Part shown: positions 48,301 through 56,472 of the stretch, in pieces
Numbering within the stretch: position 1 is the stretch's first letter
How the letters are laid out: each line of letters begins with the position of its first letter
IMG/VR virus record: IMGVR_UViG_3300050821_006235
Coordinates: 22,078 to 86,077 of that record
Strand: one strand, 5' to 3'
From: a virus
Length of the DNA stretch: 64,000 nt
The notes under the pieces: generated by a model
What the model was told of the DNA's origin: nothing
Database searches by the model: none
What the model saw: the letters and a program-made list of their open reading frames with translations, nothing else
Position numbers and translations under genes: made by a program

Positions 48301-48513
48301 CCGGGCGGCAATGTTGTACCCGGCAACGAACTCGTGGCTGCGGGGCGTGCGGTTGAACCCGTCGTACGGCCCGATCGGTTCGCCGGGTGAGAACGGGCGG
48401 CTGGGGGTCATCCCGGCGGCTTCTTCGCCTGCACGCATTCCTGCGGGCTCCGCGTTGCCGAACACCTTCGCGAAGCGGGTGAGGTTGGCGGCGAAGCGGG
48501 AGCGGACACCCAT
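45379..48513 (-). CDS. Portal-NUDIX-MuF (minor head) fusion protein
   Basis: Portal N-terminus (YGRAPLE, HVVPADLGF, SEVREMRFGL); NUDIX box GGHLEGEETPLQGAWREFAEETG; MuF IAITEISRA..PPLHPRCRC. Confidence 0.88.
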   Translation of the reverse strand: MGVRSRFAANLTRFAKVFGNAEPAGMRAGEEAAGMTPSRPFSPGEPIGPYDGFNRTPRSHEFVAGYNIAARPRSHERVSFDTLRGLVEAYDVAQMCIWHRIDSIRSLDWSLIAEDGSTGDVTDAITIGMAALKKPDRDTPFGVWLGEWLYHILAYDAGTLYRLRNRGGRAIGLRVVDGTMIAPLLDYWGNPPAEPAEAYVQYVQGLPWNWMTRSDLIYSPFRKTASSPYGRAPLESILLNANTDLRFQSYFLQRFTEGNIPAAFASAPETWTPNQIEQFQSYWDAFMLGDQAVKSQIKWMPGGSSLAWNNEKDFSDHFSLFLMRKTAAAYHVVPADLGFTENVNRSSGESQADVQHRVGDLPLIKHVQDVLTDFLQYDLGLPLRFAFDLGEEQADRLAIAQADDLYVKAGVVSVSEVREMRFGLTEPGGRPVPRFIFTTRGGPIPLSALDAVAGPVDHQTAAPALDAPVSHDAFRAIEGVVPVPPLVSPPLAEQIYGPSAADDPQAVGDMQQPAVKEAAATAGITTATGIVGYDLVGHKDDEDEEQRAELAKREMKNFRNHRGRRRRAGKWRDFQFHAVDPVKGHRLNDAGRLAVRKEAGQVAVAGLAVRAADTGRVLMLQRALDDTDPAAGTWEVPGGHLEGEETPLQGAWREFAEETGCIPPPGEQTGTWTSPDGVYQGIVWTVPSEDCVPLVGRDQVSNPDDPDGDSIEAIAFWDPAQLPGNPAVRQELLDSIDLVMDALGTPQVVKAGDTRPKGRASDGGSTHWPGWDVDEQLAAAWAPRIRQAVVGVLSGVANPISAAWSDTARPTQPAKAWLQQTQPGLADQIGDGLRAVLTPLWTAGWAVGTASAQAVLQGTGVDWARYGRVVKSEGDPPTTVIDPALIVYDQQSLQDWLDHYGITAIQGITGTRMDDLASLLEQALADGASSDSLAADIEALGVTAASADMIAITEISRAMSQAALANYQQAGVGTVSWLTASDTRVCPGCDACAADSPIPLGEAFTGRVDAPPLHPRCRCSLVPDDIGGVSLPSVSDLQDILGGF

Positions 48514-48527
48514 ACGGGCAGGCCCCC

Positions 48528-49934
48528 TTAACGTTGCTGCTGCCGGTAGGCGGCGTCTCTGGCTCGTTTACGTACGGCGGCAGGGTCTTCGGGTTCGGCC
48601 GGACTGGTCGTCTCGGGCTCGGCTGCTTCCGTTGCGGCCGGTTCGCTCGCCGCGGCGACCTGCTCGGCTTTGCGGCGGGCGTAGTCAATCCACGCCTGCG
48701 CGTTGAAGTCGTCGGTCAGCTCCGTCACGGCCCACACCAATGCGTCGAGGCGGTCCGGGCTCGTGCCGTCCTGAGGCGTCCACTGCGTCATCTGGTCTTC
48801 GAGCTTCGGCAACGCCCCGACGTGGTGGACGCGGTGCTGCTCGTACAGTGCGGCGACAGGTTCGGCGCGCTGTACCTTTCCGCGCGACGCGGTGATGACC
48901 TTCACGGGGGCGTTCGCGTCGACCTGCCGGATCGTGGACTCGACCATGTCCCCGCCGTAGTTCCTCTCGGCGATGATCCGGTCCGCTGAGAACTCGTGGT
49001 AGGCGCCGACTGCCCGCGATGCCCACCCGTGCGGGGACAGGCTGCACGAGCGGTCCGCAAGGACGTACAGGCCACCGTCCACACCGACACCCACCACGAC
49101 GATGCCCTGCTCGTCGTTGTTCGGGCCCGACCCGCCAGACGGGTCGACCGCCACGACGATGCGGCGCATGTCCGGTGCTTCGGTGACCCGGTTCTCGTCG
49201 AGGAGGGTGATCGTCCACAGTGCGCCCTCGACGTCGTCGAGGAGTTCTCCGAGGAGCTCCTGACGGCCGATCCTCGTACCTTCGTAGGTGGCGAGGACTT
49301 CGTCACGGAAGGAGGGCGCAAGGTTGGCCAGGTTGTCGTACGTGGTCCCGCGCGTCACAACCGTCGTAGGGCGGGAGAGGACCGTACGGACGAGAGCGTT
49401 GGGCTTCGGCGTCGTGGTGAACAGGCATCGGGGCGACGTGCCGAGCCGGAGCCCCAAGAGCAGGTTGTTCCATGCGGTGTCGAGCGCGTCGCCCTTACGC
49501 GCATCGGTCCACGCGGCGGGTTCGTCGCACCACGCGAAGTGATGCTGTGGTCCGCGGAGTTGCGCCGGGACTTCAGCGGAGTAGGTGTGTGCCGTGGATC
49601 CGTTCGGCCATGTCAGCCGCCGCTTCGTCGACTGGTAGACGGGTTGGTGGTCGCCAGCGACCGCGAGGATCCCCGACTCGCCCTCGATCATGACGTCGCG
49701 CACATCCGCCGGAGTACGGCCGACCAGCGCAATCCGTACGCCCGGGTTCTGTGTCGCCTGCTCGTGCACCCACTCGGCAGCACTGCGCGTTTTTCCAGAT
49801 CCGCGCCCGGCTATGTAAGACCAGACGAGCCACTCCCCAGGCGGTGGCAACTGCTCGGGCCGGGCGATCTTCCGCCACTCCGGGGGCCGTACGATCTCGA
49901 AGTCGCGGGCCGCGTACTCCCAGATGGCGGTCAC
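48528..49934 (-). CDS. terL: Terminase large subunit
   Basis: AGRGSGKT, LRGPQHHFAWCDE, TTTP, VAVDPS and SPDRLDALVWA motifs. Confidence 0.95.
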   Translation of the reverse strand: MTAIWEYAARDFEIVRPPEWRKIARPEQLPPPGEWLVWSYIAGRGSGKTRSAAEWVHEQATQNPGVRIALVGRTPADVRDVMIEGESGILAVAGDHQPVYQSTKRRLTWPNGSTAHTYSAEVPAQLRGPQHHFAWCDEPAAWTDARKGDALDTAWNNLLLGLRLGTSPRCLFTTTPKPNALVRTVLSRPTTVVTRGTTYDNLANLAPSFRDEVLATYEGTRIGRQELLGELLDDVEGALWTITLLDENRVTEAPDMRRIVVAVDPSGGSGPNNDEQGIVVVGVGVDGGLYVLADRSCSLSPHGWASRAVGAYHEFSADRIIAERNYGGDMVESTIRQVDANAPVKVITASRGKVQRAEPVAALYEQHRVHHVGALPKLEDQMTQWTPQDGTSPDRLDALVWAVTELTDDFNAQAWIDYARRKAEQVAAASEPAATEAAEPETTSPAEPEDPAAVRKRARDAAYRQQQR

Positions 49935-49944
49935 GCCGCCTCCC

Positions 49945-50532
49945 CTATCCGGCGAGGGCGCGCAGGTGCCGGGGGACGATCTCAGGGATGCGGGCCTGCT
50001 GCTCTGCGCTCAGGTCAAGGTCGGTGAGGATCGCCCGGATGACCTGCGCGACGAGGGCGCCCTGCTGCTCGGCGAGCCGGACACGGCGTTCCTCGATCCC
50101 GGCGCGGATCGCTTCGGAACAGACCTTGACGAGGTGGGTGCGTTCCTGCTGGTACAGCTTGAGCCAGATGCTGGGGGCGGCCTCTTCGGTCTCTCCCCAG
50201 TCCTCGCCGCCGGTCTTACGCCGCGTCTTGCCCCACACGAGCGGGTGCTCGCCAGAACCGGGATCCGTTTCAAGGTTCTCGATCTCCCGGACACGGTCAC
50301 GCAGCCACGCGACGTGCCCGGCGGTCCACTGGACTTCGTCGAGGAGTGCTTCGGTGGCGGTCGTCTCGACCTTACGGCCGTAGGTTTCGACGAGGTCGCG
50401 GGCACGGCTCTCGGCGATGACACTCACGGCCTTCTTGCCGAGGTGCATGCGGCACTTGTCGGAGCCTGTTACGGATGGCCCTTTGCAGGGCTGCCCGTCC
50501 TTACGGTTCGAGGTACACGTGGGGGGTTGCAT
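49945..50532 (-). CDS. terS: Terminase small subunit (putative)
   Basis: C..RKDGQPC..CRMHLG N-terminus; directly upstream of terL. Confidence 0.75.
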   Translation of the reverse strand: MQPPTCTSNRKDGQPCKGPSVTGSDKCRMHLGKKAVSVIAESRARDLVETYGRKVETTATEALLDEVQWTAGHVAWLRDRVREIENLETDPGSGEHPLVWGKTRRKTGGEDWGETEEAAPSIWLKLYQQERTHLVKVCSEAIRAGIEERRVRLAEQQGALVAQVIRAILTDLDLSAEQQARIPEIVPRHLRALAG

Positions 50533-50565
50533 GGGGTCACCCCAAATCAGGGGGTTGCATGGGGT
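50522..50565. repeat. 16-bp direct repeat at terS start
   Basis: GGGGGTTGCATGGGGT at 50522 and 50550. Confidence 0.75.
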
Positions 50566-50610
50566 TCGGGGCGGAGCGGCGTTCCAAGGGAGTCAGGGCA
50601 GGCCGGGAGA

Positions 50611-50745
50611 TCACAGGTGCAGTGCCGGGTGCGTGGACGCCACCCACAGCAGCAGACCGGCGGCGAGGAGAGCCAGCGGCCAGGCGCGTTGGATCGCGGA
50701 CCAAATAGCGGAGGCGAGCAGCAGGACGAGGGCGAGCAGCAACAT
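50611..50745 (-). CDS. 44-aa 2-TM membrane peptide
   Basis: AAGGAG RBS; MLLLALVLLLASAIWSAIQRAWPLALLAAGLLLW. Confidence 0.6.
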   Translation of the reverse strand: MLLLALVLLLASAIWSAIQRAWPLALLAAGLLLWVASTHPALHL

Positions 50746-50842
50746 CACTTCTCCTTCGTGGGTCACTCAGCGTGAGGATGAAGCGAGGCCGAGCGTGGCG
50801 ACCGCCGTTACCCGCCGGTGAGCGACCGTGAATCCGCGCAGG

Positions 50843-51130
50843 TCAGAGCCCCGGGTTCCAGCGCCGCCGTATGAGGGTCTGGCGCTGTACGGCGTCGTAG
50901 AGGTCCCGTTCGGACCACACCTTGCCGGAGATGCCGGAGATCGTGACCGTGACACTCCCCGCGCCGGTCGGGGCTGCGCAGCTCACCCAGTTCCGGAGCG
51001 TGTCGCGGTTGATGCCGAGCTGGTCGGCGATTCGCGGGATGACACCGCGCCGCTGGCCTGCCGACTTGGCTTCGTCGACCAAACGGAGAGCCTGCGCTTT
51101 CAGGTCGGGTGTGTACTTCCGCGCAGCCAC
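50843..51130 (-). CDS. IS3 OrfA-like HTH protein (no transposase core)
   Basis: RKYTPDLKAQALRLV..IADQLGINRDTLRNWV. Confidence 0.65.
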   Translation of the reverse strand: MAARKYTPDLKAQALRLVDEAKSAGQRRGVIPRIADQLGINRDTLRNWVSCAAPTGAGSVTVTISGISGKVWSERDLYDAVQRQTLIRRRWNPGL

Positions 51131-51348
51131 GGCCACCACTCCTGTCGGCTGGATGCGGCCCGCTGCTGCATCTTCGCGGGCACACCCGGGTAGATCTTCC
51201 AACCGGCCGGAACCGCTTCGGCGAAGGGCTGACGGTGGCGGGCGAAGGCCTCGCCGACCCGTGACGGCTCACCCCACGGGCGAGGCTCGCGATAGTCCGC
51301 CTCGATCGCGTCGAGGATGTCGTCGTACGCCGCAGGAGGGAAGGTCAT
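51100..51348 (-). CDS. Hypothetical protein
   Basis: ATGA coupling. Confidence 0.5.
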   Translation of the reverse strand: MTFPPAAYDDILDAIEADYREPRPWGEPSRVGEAFARHRQPFAEAVPAGWKIYPGVPAKMQQRAASSRQEWWPWLRGSTHPT

Positions 51349-51632
51349 CGAATCACCGCCGCTTCAACGGCCGCCCTCGCCGCTTCGATCGTCCACGCCG
51401 ACACCTCAGCGAAGAAATGCGGAGGTCCCGGTTCGTCAGCCGCGCCGGGCAGCTTCATCACGGCGTTCTCGGCGTTCATGTCGGGTACCGGGGTGTATCG
51501 GGCGGTGATCCAAAGGTTGTGATGGACGAGCAGGTCGCCATCCTCGTAGACCTCTCTCACCGTCCCGGACATGACCATGCCCCGCGCCCGAACCAGGACC
51601 CGATCCCCGGGCCGGAACTCGCTACCGCTCAC
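51345..51632 (-). CDS. Hypothetical protein
   Basis: FRPGDRVLV SH3-like start. Confidence 0.55.
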   Translation of the reverse strand: MSGSEFRPGDRVLVRARGMVMSGTVREVYEDGDLLVHHNLWITARYTPVPDMNAENAVMKLPGAADEPGPPHFFAEVSAWTIEAARAAVEAAVIR

Positions 51633-51742
51633 TCGGTACCGGCCAGGGTCTGGGCGAGCCCGGCGACAACGTCCGTGAGGAGTGCCCGGTACCCGCCAAG
51701 ACGGCCGACGATGTGGCGCATGGTCACCTCACCTATGAAGGA

Positions 51743-51856
51743 TGGTGCGGGACGCGGCCGGATTCGAACCGGGCGAGGGTTGCCGACAGAGCCTTACGGC
51801 TCCCGCCCAGCGGGTCGCGATCCCGCTGCAATAGGCCGCTCTGCCACACGTCCCGC
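51743..51856 (-). tRNA. Atypical tRNA-like RNA, 114 nt, apparent anticodon CGC (Ala) on class II body
   Basis: TGGCAGAGCGGCCTATTGC D-arm, GCGGG/CCCGC anticodon stem, GGTTCGAATCC T-loop, 10-bp acceptor stem, encoded CCA. Confidence 0.75.
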
Positions 51857-51888
51857 ACGCGTCGTCAGCTTAGCGTGGGTACCTGCGG

Positions 51889-52200
51889 TCAGGGCTTCGT
51901 CGCGGGCGCCGGAGCGGGCACGGCCGGTACGAGCGCGGCCACGGCGTTCGCGGCCGTACCCAGGTCCGCTGCGGCGGAGGTGAGCCCGGACAGGTCCAGC
52001 GGCGCGGGGGTCTTCGCGGCGAGCGCGGCGGAGATGCCCGCCACGGCGGTGTTGAGGGTTGAGGTGCTGGCGGCGATGCTGGCGACGGCCGCCGCGATCT
52101 CTTCTTGCTGCGTCATGATGATCCCCTGGTTGTGAAGGACTTCGGTGAGGGTCTCGGCGATGTCGTCGAGGCGGTCGTTCGAGGATCTGCGGCCGAACAT
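51889..52200 (-). CDS. Ala-rich hypothetical protein
   Basis: GGAGG RBS. Confidence 0.7.
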   Translation of the reverse strand: MFGRRSSNDRLDDIAETLTEVLHNQGIIMTQQEEIAAAVASIAASTSTLNTAVAGISAALAAKTPAPLDLSGLTSAAADLGTAANAVAALVPAVPAPAPATKP

Positions 52201-52212
52201 GCGGTCCTCCGC

Positions 52213-52815
52213 TCAGCGCCTGCGTTTCCGCGCCTTCGGGGCGGCGATCACCCGGGGCATAGACATGACGTTCGGGCTGGTCGCCCGGTCCGTCCACTGG
52301 GTGCCGTGGCGGGACAGGTGCAGACGTCTGCGCAGGGTTTGCGGTGCGCCCGTCCGCAGATGCAGCCGCCGGTTGATGGTCTTGGGTCTGCCGGTGCGAA
52401 GCCGGTAGAACGACTCGCGTCTCAGCAGGTGGTGCTGTGAGCGCCTCATGCTCCGGTGAGCGGAGCGAAGGGCGTGGAACCGCCGCGACCTGGTCATGTG
52501 CCGGTTGCCCAGGTGGTGGTGTCGGCGGGCGTGCGGGCCGGTGTGGACACGCCGCCTGCGGTGATGCAGCGAGTGCCGGTGTGTGGTGTGGTGCCTGCGG
52601 CGGTGGTGTGCGCTGCGCCGCCTGTGGCCATGGCCTCGCCGGTGCGGGTGTGAAGCCCAGTACTTCTTGAGCGCGTCGCTGATCTTCTTGCGGGTCGCCG
52701 CCGACATCGGGTGGCCCTTGTGCGGGTGATGCCTGCCCGTCCGCGAGTGCGAGTGCGAACTGTGGTGCGTGGAACGGCGGCGGTGGGTGCTGTGACGCCG
52801 AGGACCCCACGTCAT
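52213..52815 (-). CDS. His/Arg-rich very basic protein with NUMOD3-like motif
   Basis: KGHPMSAATRKKIS; fills gap between neighbours; G-rich RBS. Confidence 0.65.
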   Translation of the reverse strand: MTWGPRRHSTHRRRSTHHSSHSHSRTGRHHPHKGHPMSAATRKKISDALKKYWASHPHRRGHGHRRRSAHHRRRHHTTHRHSLHHRRRRVHTGPHARRHHHLGNRHMTRSRRFHALRSAHRSMRRSQHHLLRRESFYRLRTGRPKTINRRLHLRTGAPQTLRRRLHLSRHGTQWTDRATSPNVMSMPRVIAAPKARKRRR

Positions 52816-52830
52816 GCCACCACCCCCGCA

Positions 52831-53169
52831 CTACTCGATCGTCAGGGTGCCAACGCCACCGGGCGGAATGAAGATCTCCGGGTTGTCGATCACCATCACC
52901 CAGATCGCCCACACACCCACGGCTACGACGAACCCTCCCGAGCCTGGCCCGACAAGGCACTGCGCCATGTACTCCGGGCCTGGGTTCGTTGTCCACGACC
53001 CGAGCTGCCAGTCCGACGCCGCCGGTTTCACGTTCGGCGCGATGAACGCCATCTTCACCACATCGGCGGTCGGGTTGTAGTTCGGCGAACCGTTGAGAAT
53101 GGCGCTGATCGGCACCTGCACCTGAAGGGTCGCCAACGAGGACATCACGATGTTGACGAGTTGGGCCAT
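52831..53169 (-). CDS. Putative virion protein (Ig/BppU-like beta domain)
   Basis: CLVGPG..GVWAIWVMVIDNPE; TGATG coupling. Confidence 0.65.
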   Translation of the reverse strand: MAQLVNIVMSSLATLQVQVPISAILNGSPNYNPTADVVKMAFIAPNVKPAASDWQLGSWTTNPGPEYMAQCLVGPGSGGFVVAVGVWAIWVMVIDNPEIFIPPGGVGTLTIE

Positions 53170-54809
53170 CAGTCGTCCTTCCAGCGGCCTCGCGGTGGGC
53201 CGGCACGCCACCGGGACGGGATCAGGTACGCGAACCAGCGCGTGCGCGGGGTCAGCGCCCGCCAGCGGGTACGGGGCGGGGCAGCGAACCAGCGGGTCCG
53301 GACGACCCCGGCTGTGAACACCAGGGTCCGGCGGATGAGAGTGCTGGTCTGCGCCGCAACGGCGGTCAGGGTGGCGAGCCGGGGCAAACCGACCTTGCGC
53401 ACCGCAGATGCCGCCAAGGACGTCGCGGCGGCGAAGGTCTTGGACACGCCCTTGGTCACTGACGCTGACGCCGTCAGTGCGGCGGTGATCGTGAGGCGCA
53501 CCACCGGGACGCGTACCGCCACAGCGGCGGCGGACGTCACGACCGCTGCGATGGTCTTGGACGCCGACCTGGCGTGCGAGGCGGCCAACGTTGCGACCGC
53601 CGTGATCGTGCGGGCGCACCGCCGTACCACTACCGGGGCGGCCGTGATGGTCGCCGGGATCGTGCGGGCTGCCTGCCGGGTAAGGGCAGGTGCCGCCGTC
53701 ACCGTTGCGAGGATAGTCCGCACGAACACGCGGGACAGGGACGCCGCCGCCGAGCCGGTGACGCTGGCGGTGACCTGCCTGGCCGCCTGCTTCACGGCCG
53801 CTGCGCCGGTCGTGACGGACGCGACCACGGACTTGGCGACCTGCTTGACCGGCGCCGCCGACGCCGACAAGGCGGCAGCCAGCAGGCGGGAGGTTTGGCG
53901 GCTCGTCACAGCGGACGCGGTGATGGCGGCGAGGATCGTGAGGGGCCTCTGCCTGCCCGCCACGGCCAGCGCGGTGACGTTCGCCGCGATGGTGCGGGCT
54001 GCCTGCTTGAGATGCGTCGCGGATGCCGAGACCGTCGCGGTTACCGTCCGGGCCGCCTGCCGGGAGACCGTAACCGTCACCGAGCAGGTGGCGGCGATGG
54101 TCTTGGACGCCGACTTGGTGACCGTAGCGGTGGCCGTCAGCGCGGGCTGGATGGTCTTGCCGGTCTGGCGGGACAACACCGCACCCACGGTCAGTACGAC
54201 CGCGAAGGGCTTACCTGCCTGCCTGGCGAGAACCGGCACAGCGGTCACCGCCGCCGCCACAGCCTTGGACGCCTGCCGGGACACGGCGGTCGAAGCCGTC
54301 GTGGCGGTGGCGATGACCTTGCCCGGCTGCTTCGTGACAGCCGGCGTAGCGGTGACCGTCGCGGTGACCGGCTTACCGGACCGCCTCACCGCGGAGGCGG
54401 AGACAGTCACCACCACAGCGATCGCCTTCGCGACGGCCTTCACAGCGACCGGAGACATCTGGACCGAGACCGTGATGGCCTTGGCGGTCTGCCGGGACAA
54501 CGCGAGCCCTGCGGTGGCGATCGCCGTGAAGGTCTTCCCGCAACTGCGGGAGACGACGACGAGCACGGTGAGCGCCGCCGCGAAGGCCTTGCCGACGCCG
54601 CGGCTCACCGAACCGGCGGCCGTCACGACGGCCGTCATGGTCTTGGCGCCCTGCTTGGTCGTGGCCGCAGACGTGGTCACAGCGGCGGCGGCGGTCTTAC
54701 TGGCTTGGCTCGCGGTGCCCGGAGTGGCCGTCACCGACGCCGACACCGTCGTGGCGGTGGTGTTGGCGGAGAGCGGGAACACGGTGCTGTTGGGGATCAG
54801 GCCCGTCAC
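53169..54809 (-). CDS. Ala/Thr/Val-rich protein of about 21-aa repeats (fibre-like)
   Basis: Repeated ATVTAxPxLxRQAxKTI units. Confidence 0.75.
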   Translation of the reverse strand: MTGLIPNSTVFPLSANTTATTVSASVTATPGTASQASKTAAAAVTTSAATTKQGAKTMTAVVTAAGSVSRGVGKAFAAALTVLVVVSRSCGKTFTAIATAGLALSRQTAKAITVSVQMSPVAVKAVAKAIAVVVTVSASAVRRSGKPVTATVTATPAVTKQPGKVIATATTASTAVSRQASKAVAAAVTAVPVLARQAGKPFAVVLTVGAVLSRQTGKTIQPALTATATVTKSASKTIAATCSVTVTVSRQAARTVTATVSASATHLKQAARTIAANVTALAVAGRQRPLTILAAITASAVTSRQTSRLLAAALSASAAPVKQVAKSVVASVTTGAAAVKQAARQVTASVTGSAAASLSRVFVRTILATVTAAPALTRQAARTIPATITAAPVVVRRCARTITAVATLAASHARSASKTIAAVVTSAAAVAVRVPVVRLTITAALTASASVTKGVSKTFAAATSLAASAVRKVGLPRLATLTAVAAQTSTLIRRTLVFTAGVVRTRWFAAPPRTRWRALTPRTRWFAYLIPSRWRAGPPRGRWKDD

Positions 54810-54847
54810 GGACGCCCCCCGTCCCGGACGACGTCAAGCGGGAGGGG

Positions 54848-55519
54848 TCAGCTCTGGACCTGCACCCGCCACGAGTAGACGATCGAATCCCCGGTAGAGA
54901 GCGTCACCACCCCATGGTCGGCATGGGCGAAGAGTGACCCTGCGGTGGTCCCGAAGGTGCCCGTTCCGGGAGGGTTGCCCAAGGTCACGATGTCGCCGAC
55001 AGCGATCGTGGCGATAGCCGTCGTACCGTTCTGTGCCCGCACCACCGTCAGCGCCGCGGTGCCGGAACCGGCGGTGACCTGCATGACCTCGGTGCGGATC
55101 TGGATGTAGGAGCCGTTGCCCGGCGAGAACGCGGTACCCGTGTTGAGGGTCGTCGCGGACAGCGAACCCACAACACCCGCCGCAGCGACCGTGTTCGTCG
55201 TCGGCTTGGTCGTCAGCTCGCTGAGGAACGTTTCCACGACCGTGCGTGCACCCGTCGCGACGATCGTTCCGACGACCTGGTAGGTGTCGTTCGTGGTGGC
55301 CGTGGTGACCAGCGAGGATGTGGTGACGCCAGAGCCGATACGGCTCTCTGGCCCCTCATTGAAGGGCGCGACATCGGTCTGGTTCGCAGTGAAGGGACCA
55401 CCGGCGGGCGGGGTGACCCCCCAGCCCATGCAGAACGGCTCCGTCGTGGCCGCCGGGGTGCCCTTCAACCGGAAGGCAAGAAGCTCCCGCCCTTTGAACG
55501 TGACAACGGATGCGGGCAT
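54848..55519 (-). CDS. Putative virion fibre/decoration protein
   Basis: VVTFKGRELLA..GDSIVYSWRV with inserted EVMQVT..TVVRAQNGT domain. Confidence 0.7.
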   Translation of the reverse strand: MPASVVTFKGRELLAFRLKGTPAATTEPFCMGWGVTPPAGGPFTANQTDVAPFNEGPESRIGSGVTTSSLVTTATTNDTYQVVGTIVATGARTVVETFLSELTTKPTTNTVAAAGVVGSLSATTLNTGTAFSPGNGSYIQIRTEVMQVTAGSGTAALTVVRAQNGTTAIATIAVGDIVTLGNPPGTGTFGTTAGSLFAHADHGVVTLSTGDSIVYSWRVQVQS

Positions 55520-55714
55520 TTATCGCTCACCCTTCCAAACCTTGAAGTGCCGAACCCACCAGCGCTTGAACGGGTTGCGGTGCCAGTACGCGATGGATCC
55601 CAACTCTTCGACGCGGCCATCAGCGCGGATCACCGTCGCGAACACCTCGGTGCGGACGACGCCCTTGGCGTTTTGCTGCATGCCTCGCTCCAAGTCGTGG
55701 GTTTGAGCCCGCAC
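55520..55714 (-). CDS. Small hypothetical protein
   Basis: VIRADGRVEELG; adjacent to next start. Confidence 0.6.
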   Translation of the reverse strand: MRAQTHDLERGMQQNAKGVVRTEVFATVIRADGRVEELGSIAYWHRNPFKRWWVRHFKVWKGER

Positions 55715-55785
55715 GGCCGTGGGGGGCGTGACGGGTAGCCGGGGAGTCGGGAGCCGGTCGTGACGGCAGTGGCGCCCGAGTCCCC

Positions 55786-56460
55786 CTATGTTGTAGCCGC
55801 CATGTAGTAGAACTTGGCGTTTCCAGACACGTTGGTGGGAGTGGCTGCCGTGTGCGGGAACCCCGGGGGAGTTGTCTGAGCGGTGTCCGATGACCCGAAC
55901 GCCGGTGTATCGGCCATGAACGGGTTAATGGTGCCGAAGGCACTCGACAGGGCGGGCATGGTCGACGCCGCGATCATGATCCCCAGGAAATGAGTGCCCG
56001 CATAGGTCGTGGTAAACGTGGTACTCGCGCCGCTGGCGATCGTCGCGATAGCCCAGGAGAACTTGGTATTGACGGCGATGGCACCGCTCGTGGCGTCCGC
56101 TGTCACGGCGAGCTGGTTATAGGACGAGTCGTACAGTCCCGCCCACTGGTGCGTCATGGTAACGCCCGCCGTGTTCGCGGTTCCAAAAACGATATGACCC
56201 ACGACAAAGCCGCTGGGAAGCCAGACAGGTACAAGAGCGAGCACTCCGGAAACGGGGGCAGACGATGCCCCAGCAGCCCAGCGCGGGATGCTGGAATAGA
56301 TACCAGGAGTAGACACAACCGGATTGGATCCGATTGGCTGTTCCAGTCCCGAGGAGTTCAGGATGTAGAGACCGTCGCCAGCCTTGACGTAGACCTTGTT
56401 GTAGCCGGTCAATGGGGCGGCGGGGGTCGCGATCTGCGGGCTCATGTCGTCCTGTAGCAC
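55786..56460 (-). CDS. Putative fibre-tip/receptor-binding protein (lower GC)
   Basis: KVYVKAGDGLYILNSSG; beta-sandwich-like C-terminus. Confidence 0.65.
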   Translation of the reverse strand: MLQDDMSPQIATPAAPLTGYNKVYVKAGDGLYILNSSGLEQPIGSNPVVSTPGIYSSIPRWAAGASSAPVSGVLALVPVWLPSGFVVGHIVFGTANTAGVTMTHQWAGLYDSSYNQLAVTADATSGAIAVNTKFSWAIATIASGASTTFTTTYAGTHFLGIMIAASTMPALSSAFGTINPFMADTPAFGSSDTAQTTPPGFPHTAATPTNVSGNAKFYYMAATT

Positions 56461-56472
56461 CAGCGCCCCCGA

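Noticed and set aside
50843-51130. IS3-family insertion sequence
   Set aside because: Only an OrfA-like HTH; no DDE OrfB or terminal inverted repeats seen
51743-51790. tRNA 3' end as att site for the recombinase
   Set aside because: No second copy in the window and phage late genes continue on both sides
52711-54897. 728-aa plus-strand ORF
   Set aside because: Antisense shadow of the repeat protein; the minus-strand gene is coupled to its neighbours
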